NCBI GenBank assembly: GCA_004431415.1
Contig: QPMI01000259.1
Coordinates: forward strand, 20,021 to 84,020
DNA from: Cyanophora paradoxa CCMP329
Lineage: Eukaryota; Plantae; Glaucophyta
Direction of reading: 5' to 3'
DNA length: 64,000 nucleotides
A program made the translations under genes and the position numbers. Each line of letters opens with the position of its first letter. Position 1 is the first letter of the stretch. Positions 25,175-37,400 of the stretch are shown one piece after another. Below the pieces are notes generated by a model. The model saw only the letters and a list, made by a program, of their open reading frames with translations. It searched no databases and was not told where the DNA came from.

Positions 25175-27696
25175 ATGTCCAACGAGCCGGCGCTCGTTTT
25201 GTACGAGAAGCATCAGTTCAAGGACGACGATGGACCGGTACGCCGCCGGCGATCGGTCCCCCCTCCTTCGAGGCTGACTGTCGCGCAGACGTCTGTCGAG
25301 TACGAGTCGGGGCAGTGCTCAGAGATCGCGGGCACCTTGCGGGTCGGTTCCCTCAAGCTCGCAGAGGGCTTCAAGGCCTCTCTCTACGCCCGAGCGGGCT
25401 GCGAGGGCGAGCCGCTGCGTGTTGAGTTCGAGTCGGGGCAGCGAGTTGATGGGATCCTCTACGCCCCCGACGACACCGACAAAGTTGACAGCCTCATCCA
25501 GTCCGTGAGAATAGGTGCATTTGTACAGGGTCCCCTCGCCGCGGCTCCCCGCCCTCACCACGTTGTCATGGCAGAAAAAGACGGTGACGAGGCGGATGAG
25601 GATGAGATAGAGGAAGAGAGCAGGGACGTGGACACTGGCAGCACGAGCAACGATCCCAGCGCGCGTGCGTCGCACTGACGGGTTGGCGCGGTGTGGAGCT
25701 GAGGGTGCGGCAGGGGTGGCGGAGCTGCTGGTTCTCGAGGCGGAGTTGGAGGACCGGCGGGCGGCGATGGAGATCGCGCTGGAGGCGATGGGTCGCAAGG
25801 AGGATGCCCTTAAGGAGCGCGAGGCGAGCCTGGCTGACCGCGCCGACACCCTCGACAAGAAAGCGGACGCCGTGCGTCGTCGCCCCGCCCGCCCCGCCGT
25901 CCGCCGATGGCGGCGCAGGTGGAGAAGCTGGCGGCGGCCCTGGAGGAGCGCGAGGATGAGCTGGAGGAGCAGGAGGAGGAGCTCGCCGAGCGCGAAGCCT
26001 CGCTCGACAAGATGGAAAGCGCGGCCGCGAAGTACATCAAGGCGGCCGAGACCAAAGCGGCAAACGCAGAGGAGCGGGCCGATAAGCTGCGCGAGGAGGT
26101 CAGCGACCCGCAGGGCCCCGCAGCCGCCGGGCTCACGTCGCGCGCAGCTGAGCGCGGAGAAGGAGCGGGCCGAGAAGCTGGAGAAGGCGGCCGAGGCGGT
26201 GCGGGGGCCGGGCAGGGGCCGTTTCCCGGCCGCGCCGACCGGGCCGCGCAGGCGAAGGAGATGGCTGAAAAGCTGGAGGAAACTGCGGAGGAGGAGAAAG
26301 AGGAGCGGGAGGAGTGCGAGGAGCAGCTCGAGGTGCGTGGCGCGCGCCCCGCCGGCGCTAGCGCGCGGCGAGCGGGCGGCAGGCGGCGGAGGAGCGGCTG
26401 GAGGAGGCGCTCGGCGAGATCGCGCGCCTCAAGGGCGACCTTGCCGCCGGCTGCGGGGCCGGGGCGGGGGCCGGGGCCGGCGAGGGGGAGGACCCCGCCC
26501 TCAAGCAGTGCCGCGCGGAGAAGGCGCTCCTCCTCGACGACCTCCAGCGCGCCATCGAGGTCCAACCTTCCCCCCCGGGCGCTCCGCCCCGCCCCGCCGG
26601 CAGGCCCCTCACCCACCCGTTAGTCCCGCAACCTCCTCGTCACCAGCTCAGGCAGCGAAGCGCTGAGCGCCATGGAAGAGGTGCGCCGCCCGCGCCCGCC
26701 TCCCGCCGACCACGCGGCGAGCCCCCGCGCAGCACGTCGAAGAAGCCGAGAGCGCTGCCAGCACCGCCGAGGTCTGCTCGCCGCGTCACCCGCCGCCCGC
26801 GCCGGACGACGGGGCGATGCAGGAGCGGCTCGCGGGGGCCCTTGCGGAGCTCGCTGAGGCGGAGGCGCGGGCGCGGGAGGCCGCGGCGGGCCGCACACAG
26901 GCGGAGGAGGCGCGAGAAGCGGCCGATGGGCGCGCTGTGGCGTTTGCGGCGGAGGCAGCGGTGCTGAGGGAGGCGGCCAAGAGCGGCGAGGGCCGCGTGG
27001 CGGAGCTCGAGGAGCGGCTGACGGCGGCGGCGCTGGCGGCGCGCGCGATCCGCCTCATGGCGCTCTCCTTCGAGAACGACGCGGTCCGCGCCGGCCCGGC
27101 CCGCCGCCGCTGCCCGCCGGCCCTCTGACGCCCAGCCCCTTACGCGCCGCAGGCTGGCAAGGCGAAGGACGGGCCGAGCAGCTCTGGCGACGGAGGCGAT
27201 GCGGCCCAGGGCGTAGGGAGCAGTCCGGGGCCAGCGGGCGACCGGCACGATGCCGGCGGCGGCGCGGAGGGGGGCGACGAGGGGGAGGGGGGCGCGCAGG
27301 ACGGCTCGCTGATGAGCTTCGACCCGAGCAAATACGGCATGGCGCCCAACGGGGGCGACGGCGGCGAAAGCGCCAAGGAGCAGGGGCCCGAGGAGTCGGG
27401 GGATGGGGACGGGGCGGTGGCGGGCGGGGCGGAGCTGGAGGCGGCTGTGGAGGCGGCGCTGGCGGCGGCGATGGCGTCACTGCGGGAAGAGGCGGAAGCA
27501 GCCGCCGAGCTCGAGTCCCTGGTGCGCGCCCCAGCCCGCCCCGCCCCTGCCTGCCCCTCCCAGCTCCCGATGCCCGCCCCGGCAGGCCCACGCGCACATG
27601 CCGGACGAGCTCGACTGGGCGGCCGAGGAGATGGGGGCCTGCGCGGAGGCAGCGTGGGATGCCGCCCTCGCCGCCGAGGCCTTCGGCGCGGCCTGA
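25175..27696 (+). CDS. Protein with beta/gamma-crystallin-like N-terminus and long acidic coiled coil (multi-exon)
   Basis: LVLYEKHQFK..VGSLKLAEGFKASLYARAGCEGE..DSLIQSVRI resembles Greek-key crystallin motifs; E/A/K/R heptads follow. Confidence 0.6.
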
Positions 27697-28519
27697 CCGT
27701 TGCCCCGCCCAGCCGAAACTCCCACCCGCCCCCCTTTCTCACCCCGCTGCTCAGTTTGACTCTTCGAGGCTTTATTCACCAGTGAATCCTGGCCTTCGAA
27801 ACTGTTGCCTGCCGCAGCACGCGTGCCTTCATTGGGGACTCGGGCCGGGGCGCGTCAGAGACCCGCCTACCTTTTGGCAACTTTGCATTGCAGCTTGCGT
27901 CGACTCCGTGACCTTAAGGGATTCGAAGCGGCCAGCTGCGCTGCCTGTGCATGCAACGTTCGCCGCGTCCGCGAGTACTAAAGCTAATATAATTAATATT
28001 GAAATTAAATTGCGCTCTCGCCGAGCGGACGCGGCTGCATGCCGCAGTGCGCATATGCATGCTGCGCATGCACTACTACCGTAGTACGGTACTCGAGCTC
28101 AATGTGATCATGCATGACCAGTGCGCATGTGCATGCGCACTGCCAGACTGCGCATGCGCGGCATCGATCTCATCAACAACTGCGGCAAGCTTTAAGCCTT
28201 GCAAGGAGCCAAGCCGGCAGCGGCCCGCCACCGGTGTCAGGCTTGGAGCTCGCGGCTTGGTGGCATGAAACCGCCTCTACCCCAGCCGAGCGCCTGGGAG
28301 CCTCCCAGCTCTTCATCTGCTGCAGCAGCCGTCGCCGTCGAGAGATAGCCACGCGTCAACAGCACCGTTCAGCAAAGTCGGACACAGCAGGCGTCGTCCG
28401 CACGTCGGTCGATTCCGCGCGCCCGTGGCAGGGCGCTCCTGGCAGTGGGGCGCTCGCGCTGGGAGGTCATCTCGTCCTGCGTAGCTGGCTTTCGTCTTTG
28501 CTAACGTTGGCAATACAGG

Positions 28520-31258
28520 ATGTCGGCAGAAGCGGCTTGGGATGAGCCGGCGCGGACGGATCCTGCCGAATCGGATTCTCCCGCATCCAATGGGGAGTCC
28601 AGAGTTTCTCGGCTCACTGCCGAGCCGAGCGCCGCCGAGATCCCCGAGGCCGAACTCGTAGCCGCGTCCGAGATCTCCGGTGCTTCGTGGCACTCCGATG
28701 TTGCTGCAACGGTGTGCGGGAGCGCGTGTTTCGCCAGGCCCTCGCTGGTCTGATGTGTGCCCCAGACGCCGACGTCGGTTGCGGTCGACTCGCTTGACGA
28801 TGCCTCATTCAAGGATCTCATCGCCAAGCTCGACGCTGTGCGCATCGCGCAGGTTACGCAGTCGAGCGTCGCTGCGCCGACGCTCTTGTTCTCGTGCAGA
28901 CGATTAACCGCGCGGGGGTGCCTGTGGAGGGCGCGCGGGTGGAGGCCCGGCCGGCGGCCGGCGTACCGGCGCCCTGGTACCACGACGACGAGCACCACCA
29001 CCACCACCACGACGACGACGACGAGCACATGGACCTGTGCGGGAAGACTGACTGCGAACGCGGCGTCCTTGTCCTCGAGGCTCGTCCCGCCCCCGCGCCC
29101 GCCCCGCCCGCCCCTCACCGCCCCGCAGGAGGAGTACGCCCGGCCCTTCATCGAAGTCGGGTGCGAGGGGCGGCCGCCGGTGGGCGCCGCGCGCTGACGC
29201 CGCGGCAGGTACCTGGAGCAGCGCGGGGGGGCCAAGGTCGTGGGGCAGGCGACCTACACGCAGCCGGCGCTGCGCCACGGGACCGCCACGTGCGCCAGCC
29301 GGGCCGCGGGGGCGCGGGGCGCGAGGCGACGGGGGCGCAGGATCAAGCAGGCGATGCTCGAGCGGGGCCGCGACGTCGTCACGAACAAGGTCCACGAGCG
29401 AGGTGCGCCGACGCGGGCCGGCGTGGGGCCGGCGTGGGGCCGGCGCGGGCCGACGCGGGGCGGGGCGTGGGGGCAGGGCACCTGGTGACGAAGCAGGAGG
29501 TGGTGCCGGACCGGGTCTACTTCGGGGAGCGCATCGACATGGTCACGGGTGGCGGGGAGGAGCAGGGCGGGCGCGAGCACTTCCGCCCCCTCCCCGGGAC
29601 GGAGCGCTTCGTTGGGGAGGGCTCGTGGTCCTCGGCGGGGCCCCTCGCCACCGACTCGCTCCGCTACACCGGCGACGCCCGCTACAGCGCCACCTCCAAG
29701 CACGTCTCCGAGGCCCGCCCCCCCCCCCCCCCCCCCCCCCCCACCCACCCCTCCCGCCCCGCGGCCCCGTCCCGGGCTGAGGGGTCGGGGCAGGCGAGCC
29801 TGCGCTTCGGGGAAGTGGAGCTGCGGGCGGGGGAGCTCCTGAGGCTGCCGATCTCGGTGGACGGGCGCGTGCTGACGTGCGACCGCGTCCCCGAGGTCCT
29901 CAAGAAGCTCGTCCCCACCACCGACTTCAAGATCCTCTCCTCCGTCAAGGCCGCCGCCCCCTGCGGGGTCCGCCCCGCCCCCGACGCCCCGGCCCCCGCC
30001 CCGCCCGCCCCCGCCGACGCCGCCGCAGAGCTGCGAGCAGGTGCAAGTGGTGGCGGCGCAGCCGTACGAGCTGAAGTACGCCGAAACGGAGGCGCGGACG
30101 TGGGAGCGGCCGGCGGAGGCGGCGGGCAAGGGTTCGGTGCACCAGCACGGGCGGGTCGAGGGCGAGGCCGCCTACGAGCGCCTCGTCAAGGTCGTCGGCA
30201 TGTACGCCATCCCCGCCAAGGAGGTCCGCCAGCGCGCCCCGCCGCCCACCCCCGCCGCCGGCGCTCACGCGGCGCAGACGGGCCGCATCAAGACCTGGCT
30301 CCACGAGGTCGTTGAGGACCGGGCGGTGCAGGAGGGGGCCCCCCGCCCCGACGGCCGCCCCCTCCTAGTCCCCGTCGGCAAGCCCCACGTCGTCGGTGCG
30401 CCCCGCACGCCCCCGCCCCGCCCCGCTGCCGCCGGCCGACTCGGGGGATGGCGAGCAGACGTGGTGGCGGGGGAGGCGCGGGTGGCGCCGGGGAGCGAGC
30501 CGGAGTACCGCAAGGTGCCGGGGACGGAGCGGGTGGTCGGCGAGGGCGGCTCCGGGGAGGTGAAGACGAGCAAGGCGGGGATCATCGTCGGCGACGTCCA
30601 GCTCCGCGAGATCTACCGCGCCGACTCCGTCCCCGTCCCCAAGCTCATCGACTTCCGCGGCCGCCAGATCCCCGACGTCCGCCCGCCCCGCCCCCGCCCC
30701 GCCCCGTCCCGCGCGCGCCGAGCGGCGCCGCAGAGCGAGATCGAGAAGCTCGGGGAGCGCAAGATCATCACGCGGGCGTCGGAGCTGCTGGAGACGGGGC
30801 GCAAGTACTGCCCCATCGAGCCCCGCAAGATCATCGGCGTGGAGCCCGACGAGCCCGAGGAGCCGATCGTCCTGCCCCCGGCCCCGCCGCCCCGCCCGGC
30901 GCCCCTCCCGGAGCCCCTGCCGCCCCCGGAGCCGGCGCCCGAGCCGGCGCCCGAGCCGGAGCCCTTCTTCCCGCCGGCCCCGGAGCCGCTCCCCGCGCCG
31001 CACGGGGACGGCTCCTGCTGGGGCTCCCCGGAGCAGCTGCCCCCCGCCGGCCTCGCCGCCCTCGAGGCGGGGGAGGCCTGGGGCGGGGCGGGCGCCGAGG
31101 CGGCCGAGGGCGGCGAGCTCGAGCTCGAGGGCGGCGCCGAGGCCGAGGCCGACGAGGCCTTCGTCGAGGGCCCCGACTACCTCGGGACCGGCCTCGAGGC
31201 GGAGGCCGCCGAGGCCGCCGACTGCCCCGACCCCCTCGACGCGCCCCTCTGCGCCTGA
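28520..31258 (+). CDS. Uncharacterised protein with internal repeat, His/Asp tract and P/E-rich tail (multi-exon)
   Basis: Coherent exons between GC-only introns; RPLPGTERFVGEG and RKVPGTERVVGEG; stop at 31256-31258. Confidence 0.7.
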
Positions 31259-31418
31259 GAGGCCTCGCGATTTGGCAGCGAGCGTGCCATGATGTTCCAC
31301 CCCAACTGTCCCACGGCTTATTTTCTCGTGTTCTCGTCATGAATATTAGGAATATTAGAACTCAATCCACTAGGCTAGAGTAACTGCTCCAGTTTCTGGC
31401 AGCTTCGATGGAGGCGCG

Positions 31419-34400
31419 TCACGGGCCGTGTACGCTACTGTTGGCGCTGCCAGCACTCTGAAGCGACGGGCCGGGGGGCAGAGGGGCCCCGGGCGCCGGC
31501 GCGGCGGGGCGCGGCATCGCCTCGAGGGCCTGGCGGGGGGTGGGCGGGGCGCGGGGCGGGGTGGGCGGGGCGGGGCACCTTGGCGAACTCCCTGGCGGCG
31601 GGGTCCTTGCGGCGGGCGAGCACCTTCGCCACGTTCCGCTTCGTCATCGGCTCGTGTGGGCTGTACGACACCTCCGGCCTGCCCCCCGCGCCCCGCTCGC
31701 CCGCCCCGCCCCGGGGTCCCGCGGAGGAGGGCCGGCACACAGCGTGGGGAAGAGAGCGATGAGCTCGCGCGTCGTCGGCTGGAAGAGGGTGTTGAGCGTC
31801 TTGTGCACGACCTTGGTGCGGCTCGCCACGTCTGTCCGCCCCTCGGCGCGCGGCGGGGCGCGGCGGGGCGCGGCGGGACGGGGCGCGGCGCGGGCGGCGG
31901 GCGGCGCACCGGGCTCCTCGAGGCCGCAGACCTTGCCGTCGGCGTCGCGGGCGACCCAGAACTCCTCCACCGTCTGCGCCCCGCTCGCCCCCCCGCCCCG
32001 CCCCCGCCCCTGCGCCCCGCCGCCCCGCGCGCCTTCAGGTCCTCCGCGAGGGCGTCGTAGTCCTGCGCGGCGGTGAGGGCGGGCGCGGGGGCGGGGGGGG
32101 GCGGGCGGAGCGGGCGGGCGCCTTCTCGCTGAACTGCCGGTTGGGGCACTCCATGAGGATCTTGACGAGGCAGTCGACCCTGGCGCCGGCGTCAGCGCCG
32201 CCGGCCGGCCGGCCCCGGCGGCCCCGCGCACTGCGCCTTGAGGATGCCGTGGAGCGTGAGGATCTGCACCAGCTCATCCTTGACTGCGCCGCCGTCTCGC
32301 GGGGAGCGGGCGGGGCGGGGGGGCGGGGGCGGGGGCGGGCCGTGGTCGCGGATGGCGGAGAGGAGCGGGGAGAGGGCGTCGAGGACGGGGGCGACGCCGC
32401 GCTTGTCCTCGCCGGGGCTCGGCACGTAGAGGGCCTCGTAGAAGACGGGCCGCAGGTCGACGTACACGACCTTCGCCCCGATGAACTTGACCAGCTCGTC
32501 CGTCGTCGACTCCAGCGAGAGCAGGCACCCGTCGAAGAGCTGCCGCCCGTCACCCCCCGCCGCCCCCGCCCCCCGGCCCCGCACCTTCTCGTCGAGCGCC
32601 GGCGGCGGCGCGCCCTCCGCGGGGAAGAGCAGCAGCCACTTCTTGCGCATGTCCTGCCGCCCCCTGAGGGGGGGCGGGGGCGGGCGGGGGCAAGGCGGGC
32701 CTGCTCGAGGGAGAGGATGGACTCGCGGGCGAAGTGGAGGTTGTTGAGCTTGGTGAGGAGCTGCGCGGCGTCAAGCGGGGCGGGGGCGGGGGCGGGGCGG
32801 GGCGGGCCTCGTGGAGGGCGGCGAGGGAGCGGGCGGCGGCGGCGGGGTCCCGCTCCGCTGCCTTCTCGCTCTTGAGCGCCCGCATCACCGCGCTCGCCGC
32901 CTCCTTCAGCCGGCTCCCCGTCCCCGCCGCCGGCATCAGCGCGCTCTGCCCCCGACCCGTCAAGCCCCCGCCCCCGACCCGTCAAGCCCCCGCCCCCGAC
33001 CCGTCAAGCCCCCGCCCCCGCCCCGCCCCGCCCGGGAGGCGCACGCGGGGCCCGCAGGAGCGGAGGACGTGCATCGCGTATTTCTGGCGCGGGGTGAGGC
33101 GCGGGTCGGGTGGGGCGCGAGCGGGGCGGGGGCGGCGCCTGCATGATGCCGTCGATGGAGAGGGCGAGGGTGGAGATGCACTCCGGGGGCAGGGGGATGC
33201 CGAGGTCGTACACGAAGGGCACCGTCTGCGCGAACATGGCGAAGAGGTCCATCACCGACGCCGAGATCCTGGCCCCGCCCCGTCACCCCCCGCCCCGCAC
33301 CGCCGCCCCCCCGCCGGCGGCCGCACATGAGGTTCTCGTCGACGGGGCGCCAGGTCTCCATGGCGAGGCAGCGCTCCAGGCACGCGCTGAACGCCACGTG
33401 CTGCAGCTGCAGCCACTCCGAGAGCTGCCACCCCGTCACGCCCCCGCCCGCCCCGCGCGCGGCACCCTGCTCACCAGCGGTCCGTAAAGGCGCGAGAGCT
33501 CCAGAAGGAGGGCCTGGGGCGGCTCAGGCAGGGCGGGAGGGGCGGCGGGGGCGGCGGACGGCGCGGGGGCCGGGGAAGGCGCCGAGGGCGGCGAGGTGCG
33601 CCTGGAGCTCCTTGAGGTGGTGGAGCAGGCGCTGGGCGACGGGGTCCAGCGCCCGCCGCGCCTGCAGCGAGCGGTGGCAGTCCCCCGCGAAGAGCCGGCT
33701 CAGCTCCTCCAGCGCCACCTGCACCGCCCACCGGCACCCGCACGCCCCCCCCGCCCCCCGCGCCGCCCCGCCCGCCCCGGCCCCCTCCGCTCCGCCCGCC
33801 CCGCAGCGGCAGCCCCAGCGGTTGTAGGCGTGGGCGATCTCCTGCGGGGCGCGGGGTGAGGGGCGGCGCGGGACGGGGTCGGGGGCGGGGGCGGACGGCG
33901 ATCTGGGCGGCGGCGGTGGCGCGGAGGTGGTCGGCGAGGGCGAGGAGGCCCTCCATCTCGACTGGACGCTTCGCCTGCGCCGTCGTCCGCTCGTACTCCT
34001 TCGCGACGGTGCTCACGAGCAGCATCGCCACCTCCGCCGCGTCCTCCTCCTCCCGCTCCACCGTGCCCCACCCCGCCTCCTCCGCCACCGTCCCCGCGCC
34101 CCGCCCCGCCCCGGCCCCCTCCTGCAGCCGCTGCGGGTCCCCGGCCGGTCGCTGCGCCGCCGCACCGGCCCGACGACTCGGCGGCCGGCGCGGGGCCGGG
34201 CCCGGGGTGGGCCTCGGGGTTGGGGCGCGGGGCTCGGGGGCGAGGGAGAACGGTGGGGGCGAGGGGCGGGCGGAGGACCCGGCGGGGCGGGGCGAGGGCG
34301 GGGGCGGGGGCGAGGGCGGGGCGGGGAGGGCGAGGGAGCCGTCGGAGGGGAGCGGGGCGGCGAGGCCGGCGGCGTCCATGAGGCGCTTGAGGAGGATGTA

Positions 34401-37400
34401 CACCTCGAGCTCCTTGGCGAGGGTCGCCCCCTCCCCCGCCCCGAAGTACCGCAGCGCGTCCGCCAGCCGCGTCGCGAAGAACTCCCGCACCGCGCACAGC
34501 GCCCCTGCCCCGCCCCGTCCCACGTCCGCCCCGCCCCCGCCCCGGGCGGCCGCCCCGCGCACCCGTCATGTAGGCGCGCTCGGGGTCGTTGGCGGGGCCT
34601 GCGGGGCGCTCGGGCGGGGCGGCGGGGCCGGGGCGGGGCGGCGGACGGCGGGGGAGGTTGAGGACGACGGCCTTCTTGAGGGCGGCGAGGGCCGCCGCAT
34701 GCCCCGCCCGCCCCGGCTGCTGCCGCGCGTAGTGCCGCCACAGGCACACAAGCACGCTGCGCCCCGCTCAACGCCGCGAAGGCAAGCTGGGGCGGGGCGG
34801 GGCTCGCCAGAGCTCGTGCATGAAGGGGGTGACGGCGAGGTGCGGGCGCACGGCCGCCAGCGCCTCGAGCAGGGCCGGCTCCTCCGGCGGCGCCTGCCCC
34901 GCCGTCGGGCCCCGCGCGGGGTGGGGCAGGGCGGCGGGCGCACGGCGACGGCGTCCTCGCGGGCGTAGCACGAGCGCACGAGGCGCTCGTACAGCTGCGC
35001 CGCGTCAGCGGCGCCGCGCGAGTCGGCTGGCGCCGGCGCGGCGGGCGGGGCGGGCCTGGAGGTTGATGGGGTAGGGGATGGGGAGGGTGTACTTCTGGGC
35101 CGGCGTGCCGTCGTCGCCGGCGGCGCGATCGAGGGCGCGGTAGAGCTGCTGCACAAACGAGTCCACCTCCCGCAGCGTCCCCGCGTACCCCTCCTCGTCC
35201 AGCTCTGCCCCGCCCACGCCGCGTGGCGCCTCGGGCGGGGCGGGGCGGGGCGGGCGGGGCGCGCACCGCCCGAGGCCTTGAAGGGGAGCTCCTTGAGCTG
35301 CTGCATGAGCTGCCCCAGCCGCCCCTTCACCTCCTCCCCCGTCATCTGCGCCCGCGTTGGCCCCCGCCCCGCCCCGCCCCGCCCCCGCCCCGCCGGCCGC
35401 ACGTCGCGCTTCTTGATCTTGAAGTCGGAGGCCCCCGAGCGGCGCACCGCCCACAGCAGCCCGTTTGCGAAGAGCGCGATCTGGCGGCCGGTGAGGGCGG
35501 CGAGGGCTGGTGCGGGGGGCGTGGGCCGGGCGGCGCGCCTGCCGGTCCTGCCACGCCTTGAACTCGGACTTCTTGTCGAAGTCGGCGGGACGGCGGCTCT
35601 TGAGGAGCATGAAGCGGTAGTGGAGGTGCGGGCGCAGGGCGTTGAGCGAGGGCACGCGCCGGTTCGTGTCCGGCGAGAGCGGCCGCAGCTTCAGGCGCGC
35701 CACGATCCGCTGGTGCTCCCGCAGCGTGATCCCCGCGTTCACCCGCACCGCCCCGCACACCCGGTCCGCCTCCTGCGCCCCGTCGCCCCGCCGCCCCGCG
35801 CGAGGGGGCCGGGCGGGGCGCGCACGGCGTCGGCCCCCATGAGCTCCGTGCAGAGGACGAGGTGCTCGTAGGCGGCGGCCTGCGGGGCCTCGGCGCGAGG
35901 GCGAGGAGGCGGCGCGGGGGGCGACGCGCACGCTGAGGTGCTCGTCGTTGAGGTAGAGGTCGCCGGGGGGCAGGGCCACCCGCTGCGTCTCCTCCACCCC
36001 CCGGAAGCGCGCGTACAGCTGCTCCAGCCGCACCTGCAGCGCCCGCCGCCGCGCCGCCGCTGTCTCCGCCGGCCCCGCCGCAACGCCGCCCTCCTCCTGC
36101 GCCTCCGAGAGCACCGCGCTCTGCGCCGCGTCGCCCCTTCTGCAGGGCGCCGGGGCGGGGACGCGGGGCGGGGGACGAGGGGCGCACGAGCTGCCCCGGG
36201 GAGACGTCTACGTAGCGCTCGAAGCACTGGCGGCCCGTCAGCGGCCGGCGGCGCAACGCGCCGGCCTGCGCACCTGCGAGATGAGGCCCAGGAAGCGCGG
36301 CGGGTGCGCCGGCGGCGCCGGTGGGCGCGCCTCGAGCTGCGCGACGTCAGCGGCGGGAGGGGAGACGGGGTCGGGGCGGCGCGCCTCCATGCCGAAGCGC
36401 CAGCCGAGGTCAACCACCTCCTCCTGCCACGGCGGCTCCTCCGGCCAAGGCGCCCCCTCCCCGCCCCGCCCCGCCGGCGAGGCCCCTGCCCGCGGCGGGG
36501 GCGAGGCCCCCTCCTCGACGCCCCGCTGGACGGGCACCATTGCGGCCTGCGCGCGGGGCTCACGCGGGGTGCCCGGCGTGCGGCGTGCGCGGGGCGGTGC
36601 CTGCTGCGGGGCCGGGGCGAGGGCCGGCGTGGCCTGGAGCTCCGGGGGGCGGCCCGCGGCGTGCTCGCCCTGCCCAAAGCGCGCGGCGAGCTCCTGTGGG
36701 CGCCTCAGGCGCCCCGGCAGCGGCGGCGGGGGCGAGGGGGGCAGGGGGCGCCTTCTCGAACTCGATGGTCTTCTGCATGGCGAAGAGGATCGCCCCGTCG
36801 CTGTCCGCCTGCTCGCGCCGGCTGTCCAGCAGGAGCTGCGCGCGGTCAGCGCCGCTGCGGGGCTGCCGGCGCGGGGGGAACCTGGAGAGTCTTGCGGGTG
36901 AGGGAGCAGAACTCGGCGCAGAGGGCCTCCGCCACGCCCCAGCCCGCCGGGAAGAGGCCCCCGAAGCTGCCCCCGCCCCCGCCTCACCCCCCGCGGCGGC
37001 GCGGCGGCGGGGCGGCGGGCGGGCACCGGCGCTCGAGCTCGGCGAGCTGCCCCCGCATCCACGCGAAGCGCCGCTCCGTCGCCTCCAGCGTCGCGAACTG
37101 GCCCCCCGCCGCGAACTCCCCGTGCGTGTACCCCTCCAGCTGCAGGCGGCAGAACCAGGTGACGAGGTCCTTGCTGCGGGGGGTGAGGGGGCGGGGGCGG
37201 GGGCCGGGGGCCGGGGCGCGGACCGGGCGTCGGGGCCGAGGGCCTCGACGACCTTGCAGGCCTCCTGCAGGCGCCCGAGCTGCTGTCCGTCCCCCGGCAT
37301 CGCCACGTACCTGCCGCGCCCCCGTCCGCCCCCGCCGCCGCGGCGCCGCGCCGCCGCCGCCGCCGCCCCCGGCTGCGCACGTGGAGAACTGGTCGAAGAT

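Larger units (their letters stand above)
23291..28475 (+). repeat. Direct segmental duplication, ~1.79 kb: 23291-~25085 and 26681-~28475 (offset 3390)
   Basis: Almost base-for-base identity incl. introns, 3'UTR and intergenic/promoter DNA. Confidence 0.95.
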
